From assembly GCA_049999805.1 (NCBI GenBank), contig JBNGIO010005933.1:1-64000 (forward strand): DNA of 64,000 bases, read 5' to 3'. Positions 25,804 through 38,677 of the stretch are shown here, one piece after another. A program made the position numbers and the translations under genes. The notes under the pieces are model-generated. The model was not told where the DNA came from and did not search any database. It saw only the letters and a list, made by a program, of their open reading frames with translations. The DNA comes from Folioceros fuciformis. Lineage: Eukaryota. Positions within the stretch are counted from its first letter, which is position 1. Each line of letters opens with the position of its first letter.

Positions 25804-28800
25804 TTAAGACCAGTATAGCTTTCCAGTAAGTGTGGTGAGGACCTGGGGACACTGCACGTTCTGCATTTCGGTGACCTCGCGAGTCACTCTTGTTAGAATG
25901 CTCACCACATCTTCGGTACGAGAGTGGTCAATGATGGCTCTCATGAAAGCTACGATGAAGTTTGTGCCTTCCTTAACATTTCTGAAGGATAAATCTCCAG
26001 GACTGGTAGAGAAGACGATGAGAAAATCTTTCGCCTGGTACAAGGGTCGAATTCTCTTGCTGAGACCCTGGCTTCCCTCAACGTCTGACCCCTCGGCTTT
26101 GCTGGTAGTGGTAAGGTCGGCGGGGCCCGGCCCCTGTGCTTTCATGCTTCTCACCAGACTGCGAGTGCCTCGACAAGCATTTATGACAACCACCTTAGGC
26201 TTGTGTGCCAAATTCTGGCATTCAGCGATGGGATTCAAAATATCTTCTTCAACATAAAGCTTCTCCGCCTTGTCTGCTTCACCTGAGCAAACATACTGTC
26301 TTCCGTCTTCATCAGTCCCACCATGGGCGTTCACGCAAAACAGAAAGCAGTCGTCTTCTGCTAGGCGAGGGACCCTGAGAAGGGCTTTCAACCTTGATTT
26401 CCCTTCCTTAGGATCGTTCACCACGATATCTGTATCAAAATTCAACATCTCGAAGAGTGCTTCAAGTCGCCCTCTGTCTACCTGTCCTCCATCCCTGTCG
26501 TCTTCCATGCTGACTATCATTGCAAGCCCTCTCCGGTGACCTGCTTTCGCCCTTTCGTTTGGATATGAAGGTTCCTTCCCTAACTTCAGTATAGGCGGTA
26601 CCTGTGGCTGACTTGTTCCAGCTGAAGGCCCACTCGTTGCGTCGAGGGATGGACGGGGCCCACACTGCCGCAAAGCAGACTGCACCTCTTCGCTACTTAA
26701 CAGATCCCTGGCTTTCTCGTATACAAGGGATAGACCAGCTTCAGGCATTTCTGGCCAGCACCATTGATAATCGGAGCAATCCGAGCCGGAGGAAGTCTGT
26801 CCTGCATGGCTTTTGTGATGATCCAGAAAGCACTTCATCAAATGCTGGGTGAGAACCGATTGACTGTGTCGATGAATACAGAGTGTGAGCTTCTCCACAC
26901 ACTCAGTCCTGATGATCCCTTCTACTAGTTCAACTCCAGGACTACCTTCAGGAGAGGCACAAAATGCTCTCAGTTCCGCAACAATCCTCTGCTGGAGAAA
27001 CTGGATCGTTTCGTCTTTGCTCTTGAGTGACCTCATCAAAATGTCAACACGATCCCCAATGTCCCCGGTCTCGTCCCAAATATCCCCACTGCTCTCCAAA
27101 AACACGTCCATACCATTGTAGTTGAATCTGATCAAGTTACGCGCAAAGCTATACTGATGAGACTGCATACCGCAGAGCCCATTGAACAAGATCTGTCGTA
27201 ACTTGACCTGCAATCCACAAGCATTGGCCATGTCATGAAACTCAACAGAGGTTAAATGACTAACAAAAGAGACAGCTCAGAAGGCAACGTACCTGGAATC
27301 TTAGAAAGCAGCCTGGACCGAGAAACGTTTTTCTTCCATCTCGGCATTGTAGCCGCCTGCCTACGTAACTGTACTTGGACGCCGCACCACCCTTCCAATC
27401 CAACTGTCGTTTCCCTTGAAGAGCTTTACCTTCAGCGTCATCCAAGGTGAAGGGAACGAACAATCCTGGCCTTCGATTGGCATGATCTTCGTAGCACAAG
27501 TTTAGTCTCTTCATCAATAATACCAGATATTCAACACGAATCCCCTGCACTTGCGTGTGGTCGAGGATGTCGTTCAAGGTTCCATGCAGCAAAGTTGTAG
27601 CAACAAATCCATCCTTGAATATTCCCAAGGAATCCTCTCCGGCTAGGCGCTCAATGAGGCGGCCCAGAAATGAATGACTGATCCATTGTGGATTCACCAC
27701 CACAGCATCTACATCTTGGAACCAGATGACTCTGCCTGCATCGTGGAGATAGGCAAGAATTGCTTGAAGGCGTTGCTCATCATCTTGTCGAAACAACTCT
27801 TTGCATCGCTCCTTGGTGACAATAGGCTCAGCTGGATTTCGAGATACCCACCGTGTCAAAACAGCACTGAGTCGGTTGCATGGCTTCGGAACCCAAAACA
27901 GATGAAGTGCAAATAGCTGTTGAAACGATTGGAATAGTTCCTCCAGCAAGGGGTGCACGGTGTGCGTAGATCGAGCATCCATGAAGAATAGATGGGTTGT
28001 CGTAACATGAAGTACCTCCTGAAAAGCCTTGGCCAACTCGTTCACGACTGGTTGCAGCAGTTCAACTAGTATATCAGCCTCCCGAGCCTGCATCTGATCC
28101 TTGTGAGTGACAACCACAAATACCCGAGGCAAACATGAACCCACGTTGCGACAATTAGAGTGGATGAATCTAAGCCAGAACTTGAAGCTGTTTGTGAACT
28201 TGTCCAACAGCATTTAAGTAGACGGGAGGGGTCCACTAGGCTTGCCGGTAGACGGGAGGGGTCCACTAGGCTTGCCGTCATCAAATGGGTTGAATGTGAA
28301 CAAGAAGACACATGTCTGGTTGGAGCTGGGAAACAAGTAGTCTTGCAGAAATCGGTAGCGAGCTTGTCCAGCCAGATCCCAAATGGTAATTTCCATATCG
28401 TCGTTGTTGAGCAGCACCTCGATTTCTATGCCTTTCGTTCGGGGAACAGTACCCACCTGGCTGGGTGATGCCGCTCCTGTGCATGGATGCCACCCCAAAG
28501 GTTTCCAAGGTGGAAACAATTCCAGGTTATATCGTGATTTCAATCGTGGTGGCGATGCGCGCCATGCGGTGATCATGGTGTTTCGGAGTGTGGTCTTCCC
28601 TGCGTACGGTGCACCGCACAGGAAAAGGCGGCCGACCTTGGGCCGCACAGCCCCTTGCCCCTCCAAAAGCAAAGGCCAGTAGACCCTGTGACTAACATTG
28701 CGTGCCAACGTCTCGTTGATGATGGCCTGCTTTCCCTCTCTCCCCCAGTTTGTGTCCTCTACGTCGATTTTCTGTAAAGTGGTGTTGACTTGGAGGGACT

Positions 28801-29986
28801 GCATCAACTCTCTGAACAGATCATCGTCGAGTCCCTCGCAATCCCAAAACCAGAGCTCAATCAAAGACGTATTTTTCGCCAAAGACTGCACCAACGCTTT
28901 CATGAAAGAGGGCCCCGTTATCCTTTCCAAATCCAGGGTGCGTAATGATTTGCATTCCAGAAACGACATCGAAAATTCACTCCAAGACTCGTCACCGTCA
29001 AACAACACAAGTTCGGAGAGGGTGGAGTTGTGGCGCCAGGCGTCCAGGCCGAACTTGACAACAAAACAGCTGATCGAAAGCTCCGTGATACAATCGTTGG
29101 TGCGCAACATTCCGGCAAGCGTGTCGGCCAGGCCTGGCTCCTCTCTGTTCCCGATACCCAACGTCAGCTGGGTGACCCCAGATACGGGGGCATCAGCCTC
29201 AGCATCAGCACGGGTGAAAGCCAGTTTCAACACAGTGCTCATGGGCCCCAGGCTGCCCTGTACGGAACCCCTAACTGCATTACGACTACCCGGATATTCA
29301 TCATCCAAGGAAAGCTCCCGGAGCGAGGCACAGAGCGGAAGAGCGTTTGCAATACACTGGGCTCCCTCCTCATCCATGCCGATACTATGCATATGCAGGA
29401 CATTGAGACGGGGAGCGGTGGCCAGCATGCGAGCCAGGTGCGGTGCCCCTTCACCATCTCCCACGCTGTTACAGCCTAGGTCCAAATACTCCAGGACAGA
29501 ATCCTGGTTGAAGCCATCGACCAGGGCACCAAGTCCAGCGGCATCAAGCCCAATGTTCCGTGCCTCCAGCCGTCGCAAGCTGCGACTAGAAGCAATAAGC
29601 TGGCCCAGGGCCTTGCAACCCGCCAGCCTTCCAAAACCTGAGCACATGCTCAGATCAAGTTCTTCCACGGCAGGGTTGGATGCCACGCCCTCCAACAAAA
29701 CCGCGCATTCATCCTCCCGACCGATGCCGATTCTCCACCGTTCATATATCTCCAGGCGGCGGGGGCAGAGACTGCGGCACTGGCCAATAGCTGTCAATAC
29801 CCGCTTGCGCACTCGCCAGTGCCTGCCATCCGTGTTCGCTGAAGCTCCCTTTCTGAAGAAACCGCCGTACTCCTCTCCGTCCAAGAGGGGGAGTCGGGTA
29901 AAGAGGGCGTGCCTTTCCAGATCTGCCAACAGCTGTTGCAGCTCTTCCGGCAACTCGCGCCAGTCATCGTCCTCCTGCTCCGCCAT
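25804..29986 (-). CDS. ROCO cluster copy 3: LRR-Roc GTPase-COR-caspase-like protease fusion (TORNADO1-like N-terminal part); ~1365 codons with one in-frame TAA
   Basis: Exons 29986-27293 and 27207-25804; phase-0 GT-AG intron 27208-27292 joins FLRFQ|VKLRQ. RNI-like LRRs; Roc G1 GAPYAGKTT, G2 RTKGIEI, G3 WDLAGQ, G4 VTHKD, G5 DARS; COR. C-terminal peptidase C14 with His (NAHG, 26323-26325) and Cys (NACRG, 26173-26175). A single in-frame stop at 28214-28216 means it may be a recent pseudogene or a sequencing error. Confidence 0.9.
28218..28277. repeat. Perfect 30-bp in-frame tandem duplication (GKPSGPLPST x2)
   Basis: GTAGACGGGAGGGGTCCACTAGGCTTGCCG twice. Confidence 0.95.
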
Positions 29987-30059
29987 GCTGTGCTCAGCTG
30001 CGCTTCCCAACGCAAGCAAATATGATGAATGGATTGTATGTATCATCCGTTTCGTAGCA

Positions 30060-30410
30060 AGGGCAGCAACCTCACAGCACACACTCGAGGATTGCGAAAC
30101 CAGACAAGGACAGGCTACGGGACAGCCAACTCACCAGCACACACGCGCGGAGGGTTGGGACACCAGACAAGGATAGGCCAGCAGCCAGCAACCTCCTAAC
30201 AACACACTCGAGGAGGATTGGCAGACCACACAAGGACAGGCTAGGGGACGGTGACATCAATCTCACAGGACACACACTTGAGGAAGATCCCGATAGGAAC
30301 ACCAGACACGGATGGGCTAGGGGACCACAACCTCACATCATACACACTTGAGGAACATCCCGATTGGAACACCAGACACGGATAGGCTAGGGACGACAAC
30401 CTCACACAAT
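30060..30410. repeat. Degenerate ~60-70 bp tandem repeat upstream of ROCO copy 3
   Basis: Same unit as 11905-12285; shared flank with copy 2 continues to ~30713 (matching ~12775). Confidence 0.8.
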
Positions 30411-31123
30411 GTATGTATGGACACCACACCACACCAAAGGCTAAACTTTTATCAGCTGCTGCTTCCAACCCTCCTTCCAATTCTGTCGCCCCTACCCCTA
30501 CTTGTTACCACACCACATGCACCAAAGATGCCTTCCTTTACATGGAAGGCAGGTACAGTACAGCAGGTTTGTGGGCGCTAGGACCCACCTCAGCTCACCT
30601 CAGCTCAGCTCCAGTCGTCGTCACGACCGTTCCTTTGGACTCACATAGGGGGAACGCAGTTTGTCCGGACCGAACGCGCAAGGGCCAAATTTCGTGAATT
30701 CATTTTGAATGAATAATTGTATATAATATAATATATATAGTTTTTATGTCGGTATTTGAGATTAGGAATTGGACAAAATATGTAATTAAAGTTCGTAGTC
30801 CTAAAATGTGTATCTAAGTTCAAAATGCAGTAAATGTGTTACGAGGTTGCGGTGTTGGCTGGTTTGACTCAAAAGCCGACAAGGGTAGAACAAAAAATAG
30901 GTCAGCAAAGCAAAGTGGCTATGTGAAGAATATGTTGAGACCCCGCGCTCCGAAACCCTTATACTGAGAGCTCGCGTCTTGTCTGCTGTGTTGCCGCTGG
31001 ACGCGAAGCTTCGCCCCGCCTCCTCGGTGCCCTGGGCAGTGTTGCCCAAGTCTTGTTCTCGGGCCGAGTCCGATCAGCGAGCCAAATCGGATTGCACCCG
31101 GGTGGTGAGATAGGGTTTTCACC

Positions 31124-32384
31124 ATGTCTCGCGTTTATGTGGGGAATCTGGATCCGCGGGCAACGGAGCGGGAGTTGGAGGATGAATTTCGAGTATACGG
31201 CGTTTTGCGCAGGTGAACATGCGTGTAGGGGCGTGGATTTAGATGGAACTCGGCGTCCCCGGGCTGAGGTCTCTCTGCCGGCTTGTTGGCTGACCCTGCT
31301 CTTATCTCTTGGCGTCTTTGTGGATGCTGCAGCGTGTGGGTGGCTCGGAAGCCTCCGGGGTTTGCTTTTATTGAGTTCGAGGATCGGAGAGACGCGGATG
31401 ATGCTATTCGTGCCTTGAATGGTACGTGCGTGAGTTTTTAGCCGTTTCTGTGTGTGTGGTGTGTCCTCTCTTCTGCAGATTGGTGCGGCATGCTTTGTGC
31501 TAGGTCGAGGTTGCCTTCTTGGTGGTCTCTGTTGGTGTTGAGAGTAATTCAAGAGGAATGTTTCCCAAGCCGTTTAATGACTTTTTGTGACTAGGGTTGG
31601 AGGGGTGAGGCAGTGTTGATGTTGTACTCTGGTCTGTTGTTTTTGATGGTCTGTGGTGTCATGTGGTGATTATCAGCGGGGAAGAATGGGTGGCGTGTCG
31701 AACTGTCCCGGAGCTCTGGAGGGGGCGGAGGGCCTCGAGGGAGAGGGGGTGACGACATGAAGTGTTATGAGTGTGGTGAGCCAGGCCATTTTGCCAGAGA
31801 ATGCAGACTTCGTATTGGAGCTGGGGGCATGGGAACTGGAGGACGTGGGAGGAGCCGTAGTCCTCGTTATCGTCGAAGCCCAAGTTACGGTCGCAGGTGA
31901 GTTCCACAGCAACTTGCACAAGTTATTAGGGTTCTGCAACGGTGCTGAAGGGTTCGGTTTTTTTTTTTCTCTTTTCTCTCTTTTCTTGTCTTTTGCCGTT
32001 GCTGGACCTTTTTTCAGTAGAACTAAAGGGGTGGTTTTGCCATTTACGCTCGCTGTGTTTGGTTTATTCCAGTGGCAGTCGCAGCCCTCCTCGACGGAGC
32101 CGCTCACCTCGAAGAAGAAGTGCATCCCCTGCTCGTCGCCCTGCGGCCAGGACTCCCAGCCGGACTCCTCCTCCTCGTCGCGATCGTGATCGTCGAGCTT
32201 CACCTGTTGTAAACGGGTATACCACCGTGTTTTTTGGCAAGGATCATGTTAGGCTTTACTGGTTTGCACTGGAAGGGTAGTGGGTTGCACTTGTTATCTT
32301 CAGATCGTATTCACACCATGTTATTGTTTGTGTAGGAGTCCTGTTGCTCGGGATCGGCGCCGCAGTCGGAGTCGCACTCCCTAG
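31124..32384 (+). CDS. RSZ: Serine/arginine-rich splicing factor, RSZ subfamily (RRM + CCHC zinc knuckle + RS); 5 exons
   Basis: Exons 31124-31212, 31333-31421, 31677-31896, 32073-32216, 32336-32384. [60 protein letters not shown]-rich tail. Confidence 0.95.
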
Positions 32385-33778
32385 AGTTGCTGCATGGATA
32401 TATACTGTTGAGGGTGGTGTAAGATGGCTGGAAGGAACAGATGATGGGTAACCAGTAGGCGGACACGTCAGCAATCTTACATCATCAACTGGCCCTTGAT
32501 CTGCTCCAGTCGTGTAGCGCAGTTTGAGGTGGATCCCCTGTGCTTGTTTTGTAGCAGCTGTTTGTCCAGTTTCGGCCACTGCAATGAAATAGGCTGTGGA
32601 CTGGATAAGGCATTGGACTCCCTCTGCATACTGTCTGCTGCCTCCTTCAGTAGAATGACTTCCTGCTGAAGCCCGGGGCTACCTGCTATTGGGATAAGTT
32701 TCTTGCCTGGCGCCTTTTGATTTCGGTGAACAATTGTTTTTTAAACATAAGTGTGCTTTAGGCTTTTGAATTGTGAAGCAGCTTAGTAGATTTCTTTGAT
32801 ATATTATCCTAGATACAAACTCACAGAGGCCTTGCCTTTGTTGCTGTTTCTGAGGTGTGGTTCTGCTTAGAACGGCACGGCTCGGCACGGCACTGCACTG
32901 CACTGCCTCCCGCCATCTGCTTCTTCATTCATTGGTCTCCCTTAACTGCGTCGTCAATGGTTTAGCGACGCTTGCTGCCTTCTGCGAATTGATCTTCTCA
33001 TCTAGGGGGTTGTTGTAATCTGCTCTTCTGCTTCATTGTGGTCTTCCGACTGTTATTCCATCATGGTAGAGGTATTCTGACTGGCCTGAGCGCTTCGACC
33101 TCGACAAAACTGCAGCTGTGTATCCTTTCCGCCCCAGCATCCTCATCAACTGGTCTGCCTTCTTCCTTGGCATCCCAAGTTGTTTTTGCATTCTGAGACC
33201 GATGCCTCTGCTCCTTTCCCTTGAATTGCCCTTCCTTGTTGCGAGAGAGCAAGAGCTAGCTGTTTTGCAGGGCCGCCAGATTTGACTTGCAGTATGTTGG
33301 CTCATGGACCTAGGCGTCTGCCTGTGGTTTTCGTATCATTTTGGCAAGACTCGCTGCTTCGTAGGATCATGCAGGTGTGTTTCTTCCTGCAAGGCGGAAC
33401 ACCAGAGACCAGAGCACCAGATACAGCTGACAGCATCCAAGGGGGGTAAATTCCTTTGTTGGCCACTTGGTCTATGTTGCCTGTATACTAGGATGAATAC
33501 AAAGTAGGGTCACATTCATCAAGATGTGGTTGATGTCCAAGTGTCCACATTTCAAGCTGCGAGACGCCCATACCCTTTTGCACAGCATCTCCCTCGATCT
33601 GAGATGGTGCAATCGCCATTAGCGTCTCCAAACGGTTGATTTGCTGTGCTCGTGTGCGCAAGGTGGCGGTTAATCATTTGGCGTAGCATTGAAAACTGAA
33701 ACCTTCTGTTTCTCGTCCGTTGAACTAACTTCACAAGATTCGATATGGCCCTGGTGGAAGCAAGGAGCCATTCAGACG

Positions 33779-34252
33779 ATGCTCTCTAGGAGTTGGGCAG
33801 TGGGAAGTCGGGCGTCGCCATGGGGGACAGGAGGCGGGCGAGTCCGGGTCCCATTAGCGGCGACTTGCGTTTGTGCGGCTAGGGCTGGCAGGAGCAGGCA
33901 AATGCGAGCTATGGCTGGAGAGCCCGAGAGGAGTCAGGAGCGCAGGCGGCTGGTGGATGTGCTACGCATGTTGCCCAAGTTGTACGAATCGTATTTCAGG
34001 AGTCGTAGGCGGCGGGCGCTCTTCGGGGGTCTTGCCATCCTTGGGGGCTTCTATGTCGCTCTCAGGGTGTCCATTTCATACGGTTCCTTGCCTGTCAACG
34101 ATTGGCTCGCTGCGGCTGTTTTCTATCTCTTCACCGAGCTGGTCACATGGTACAATTACTCCCGGCCCGTCATCACCTTCCCTGTCGCCATGGTCAACAA
34201 CTTCAAAGTGGGCTTCACGTATGGCCTGTTTGTGGGAGCCTTCAAGCTCTGA
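33779..34252 (+). CDS. Ycf20-like (DUF565) plastid membrane protein
   Basis: Transit-peptide-like N-terminus; LGGFYVA..VNDWLAA..NNFKVGFTYGLFVGAFKL family signature; start codon uncertain. Confidence 0.8.
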   Translation: MLSRSWAVGSRASPWGTGGGRVRVPLAATCVCAARAGRSRQMRAMAGEPERSQERRRLVDVLRMLPKLYESYFRSRRRRALFGGLAILGGFYVALRVSISYGSLPVNDWLAAAVFYLFTELVTWYNYSRPVITFPVAMVNNFKVGFTYGLFVGAFKL

Positions 34253-35376
34253 ATGGATTGGCATCTGAGCATGGCTCGCAATTCCGCAGGCTACCGTGCA
34301 GTCCAAGTATGTGGCCGTGAGATTCCTCCATTCGCAGGGTCACACATGGCTCGCGTTGCCTCCAGTATGGATTTTGGGCCATAGATCTGACTCGCCAGCG
34401 TCGTCCTCGAGGTCCTCGGGAAGGAAGATGTGACCAGGTCTGCCATGGGTGCGCGCGCTTTCCTCGTTCTGCATCAGGTACCAGCCGCCTAGCATCCTCA
34501 ATGTTCGTGTTCCATTGCGGTTTCGGAGACTGACGGTGGTCTGCTGGCGTAGCAACGTGACTGTGGTGGTTGAATTGCAGGACTGGCGGATGACAGGAGG
34601 GAAAAGCAAGAAGGCTTGAGACAGCTGCGTTTTGACAAGAAGGTGTGTATGTGAGATGTGCTCTGTGTTCACGACTTCTTTTGAACGCCTACTTCGTGCC
34701 CGTCACACAGCTTGGAATGGTAATCCCGAATCCGGCTTAGGTTCACAACGACCCAGTGCCTGAAGTCACAATGTTTACCGCAACCTGTTTGGTCCTGGCA
34801 CTTCCCCGTGGCCAAACAGATCTTCAACAGAAACGTGGAAGAGTTTACATGAGTGTGATTTGAGGGCGTGAACCTTGCACCCACATCCTTATGTGTGCAT
34901 CAATGCTTGCCCTGATGCCTGTCGAGTGCGGGATGATACCCATCGTAAGGATGGCCAGCTTAGAACAGACAGCCCTCCTCACCTTGCCTTCCGGAAGAAC
35001 TGATATCTGAACACCGTAAGCCTAGGCGAACCGATGCAGTACCTCAGTGACACTAATCAGCCAGTTTGTCGAAAGTTGTTTGCCTTCAGTTTTAGAAACT
35101 AAACTACAACACAAACAGCTGTAAATGTGATTTGTTGTAGTCTAGACGGTTAGGTCGTACGATGCGCACCCCAGCGATCGGAGATCTAGTCCCGTCGATA
35201 ACATGGAAGTTAGATAAGGTGGTGAGATGTCGAGAGTGTACGTACTAGAATATTACTTTGGTAGAGGTTGGATGACCTTAATATCTAATCTCTTTTGGGT
35301 CAAGTTCTAAGTTTTGATAATAATTCAAATAGCAAAAAATCGAAAGGGATACTAACCTCATCGCTCCCAAAATAAG

Positions 35377-35524
35377 TATCGTAATGCAGAATAACAAAGG
35401 CTTAGGCCTATAAATATCGTAATGCAGAATAACAAAGGCTTAGGCCTATATATATCATAATGCAGAATAACAAAGGCTTAGGCCTGTAAATATCATAATG
35501 CAGAATAACAAAGGCCTAGGTCTA
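35377..35524. repeat. 38-bp tandem repeat (~4 copies)
   Basis: TATCGTAATGCAGAATAACAAAGGCTTAGGCCTATAAA units. Confidence 0.9.
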
Positions 35525-35660
35525 TCTATTACCTACCGCCTTCTTGAAAGAAGTTCATCGTTGATGTTTAAAGAAGTTCATCGTTGAGAAAAGAAGAAGA
35601 ACCCCAATTCTATGACTATGATAAACGTTTGTGCACTCCTTGATTAATCGTGAAATGTCC

Positions 35661-35758
35661 TTAACCATAGTCCCATGGGTCTTAAGAATAAAGAAGACTA
35701 GCTACCGAGTTAACCATAGTCCCATGGGTCTTAAGAATAAAGAAGACTAGCTACCGAG
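35661..35758. repeat. 49-bp perfect tandem duplication
   Basis: TTAACCATAGTCCCATGGGTCTTAAGAATAAAGAAGACTAGCTACCGAG twice. Confidence 0.9.
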
Positions 35759-36978
35759 AAAGGCAGTTGGGGCATAGACCTCCTTGGCCAAAAGGAGGAC
35801 CTCCCAAAGGTGACTGGCATGGAAGTTTGCATTCAGGCCAAATCATTGACAACACTAGGTTGTTTGTAATTTAAGAAGCTTTTGGCAATCAATGAAGGAA
35901 TGACCTTTCTGCTTGAACTTGAGGGTGTGTTTATATTAACCAACTTCCTAAACCATCTCTACTCTTTAGAGGATTCTAAGTTGGAGAACCCTACCTTCTC
36001 TCCCTCATCTTTAAGTCCTATGAGGAACCTTAATATGCTAGTATGCCCTATATTGTTCTTGCTTCCAAAAACTTCTTTATGTTTTATAATATTTATGATT
36101 ATAAATATTAAATTAAAATGATAAAATTGAACTGTAATGATAAAAATAAATATTCATTAAAAATAGTATATAACATTTATAAAAAATAACATTTAATCTT
36201 ACTCCCCAAGTACATAAGAGGGAGGTCAGATTTAGACAGGGTCGACTGATATACATAGATAAGTCTGGCGTCCGGTCACGGAAGGCAGGAGGGTGGGAGG
36301 CTGCTGGCCGTGGAGACACGGAGCTTTCGAGAAGAGTCGCCCACGGAGCAGCCTGGAAAAGAATGGCCCGGTCAGATGTTTGCGCGGCAGCCACGGCAAA
36401 GGGAGGGAAGGACCCGTCAATCCCATGCGAGCAGCACTGCTTGCAGTGACTCCTGTCCAGTCCAGTTTGCTACTTGTAGACATAGGTAGCATGGTGGTGA
36501 AGCATTGACGCAGAAATTGGCTTCCTGGCGATGGTCCACTTCCCGCAACGCCGAACTGGCTTGAAGGCGTTGAGCAACTTCCCTTCATCGTGGCGCACGC
36601 GCACGACAAGGTCCTGCATTGAAAGCTGCTGGTCTTACGGACGCTGGCTCTCAATCAGTGAGTGACCCGATCCGGATGGTGACTTCTTTTATGTTTCCGG
36701 CCTCGGTACCCACCATCTCCACAGGAAGGGCAGAGCGCCGATTTGTGTCATCGAGACGTTGGTCGCCGGAGAAACCAGCACACCGTGTACTTTTTGTATG
36801 TATGTATGTACTTGCTGCTTTCTCAGGCCACCGTGTTCTTGGCATTTTGGTGAGTTGTTGGTGCACGCTTACAGGTGGATACGGCTTTTTGTAATGAATT
36901 TTGTTTGTTTTTGGAACCTCAAAGCATGCAGGTGTATTACTGAGGGCTAGAAACGGGTCCCGGGAGAAGAGACGCTGA

Positions 36979-38677
<1,699 letters not shown>

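Noticed and set aside
25804-26570. Annotating the protease as an ordinary plant metacaspase, or as animal contamination
   Set aside because: It lacks the YSGHG/DACHS metacaspase motifs. It is in frame with a TRN1-like plant domain and contiguous with plant genes.
28698-30176. 492-aa plus-strand ORF (also 233-793 and 11229-11738)
   Set aside because: Antisense shadow of the ROCO LRR coding strand; no recognisable domain.
30060-30410. Repeat array superficially like a CRISPR
   Set aside because: Degenerate tandem units without unique spacers, no cas genes, eukaryotic context.
34340-36660. Possible minus-strand exon remnants
   Set aside because: Contain stops and no identifiable family.
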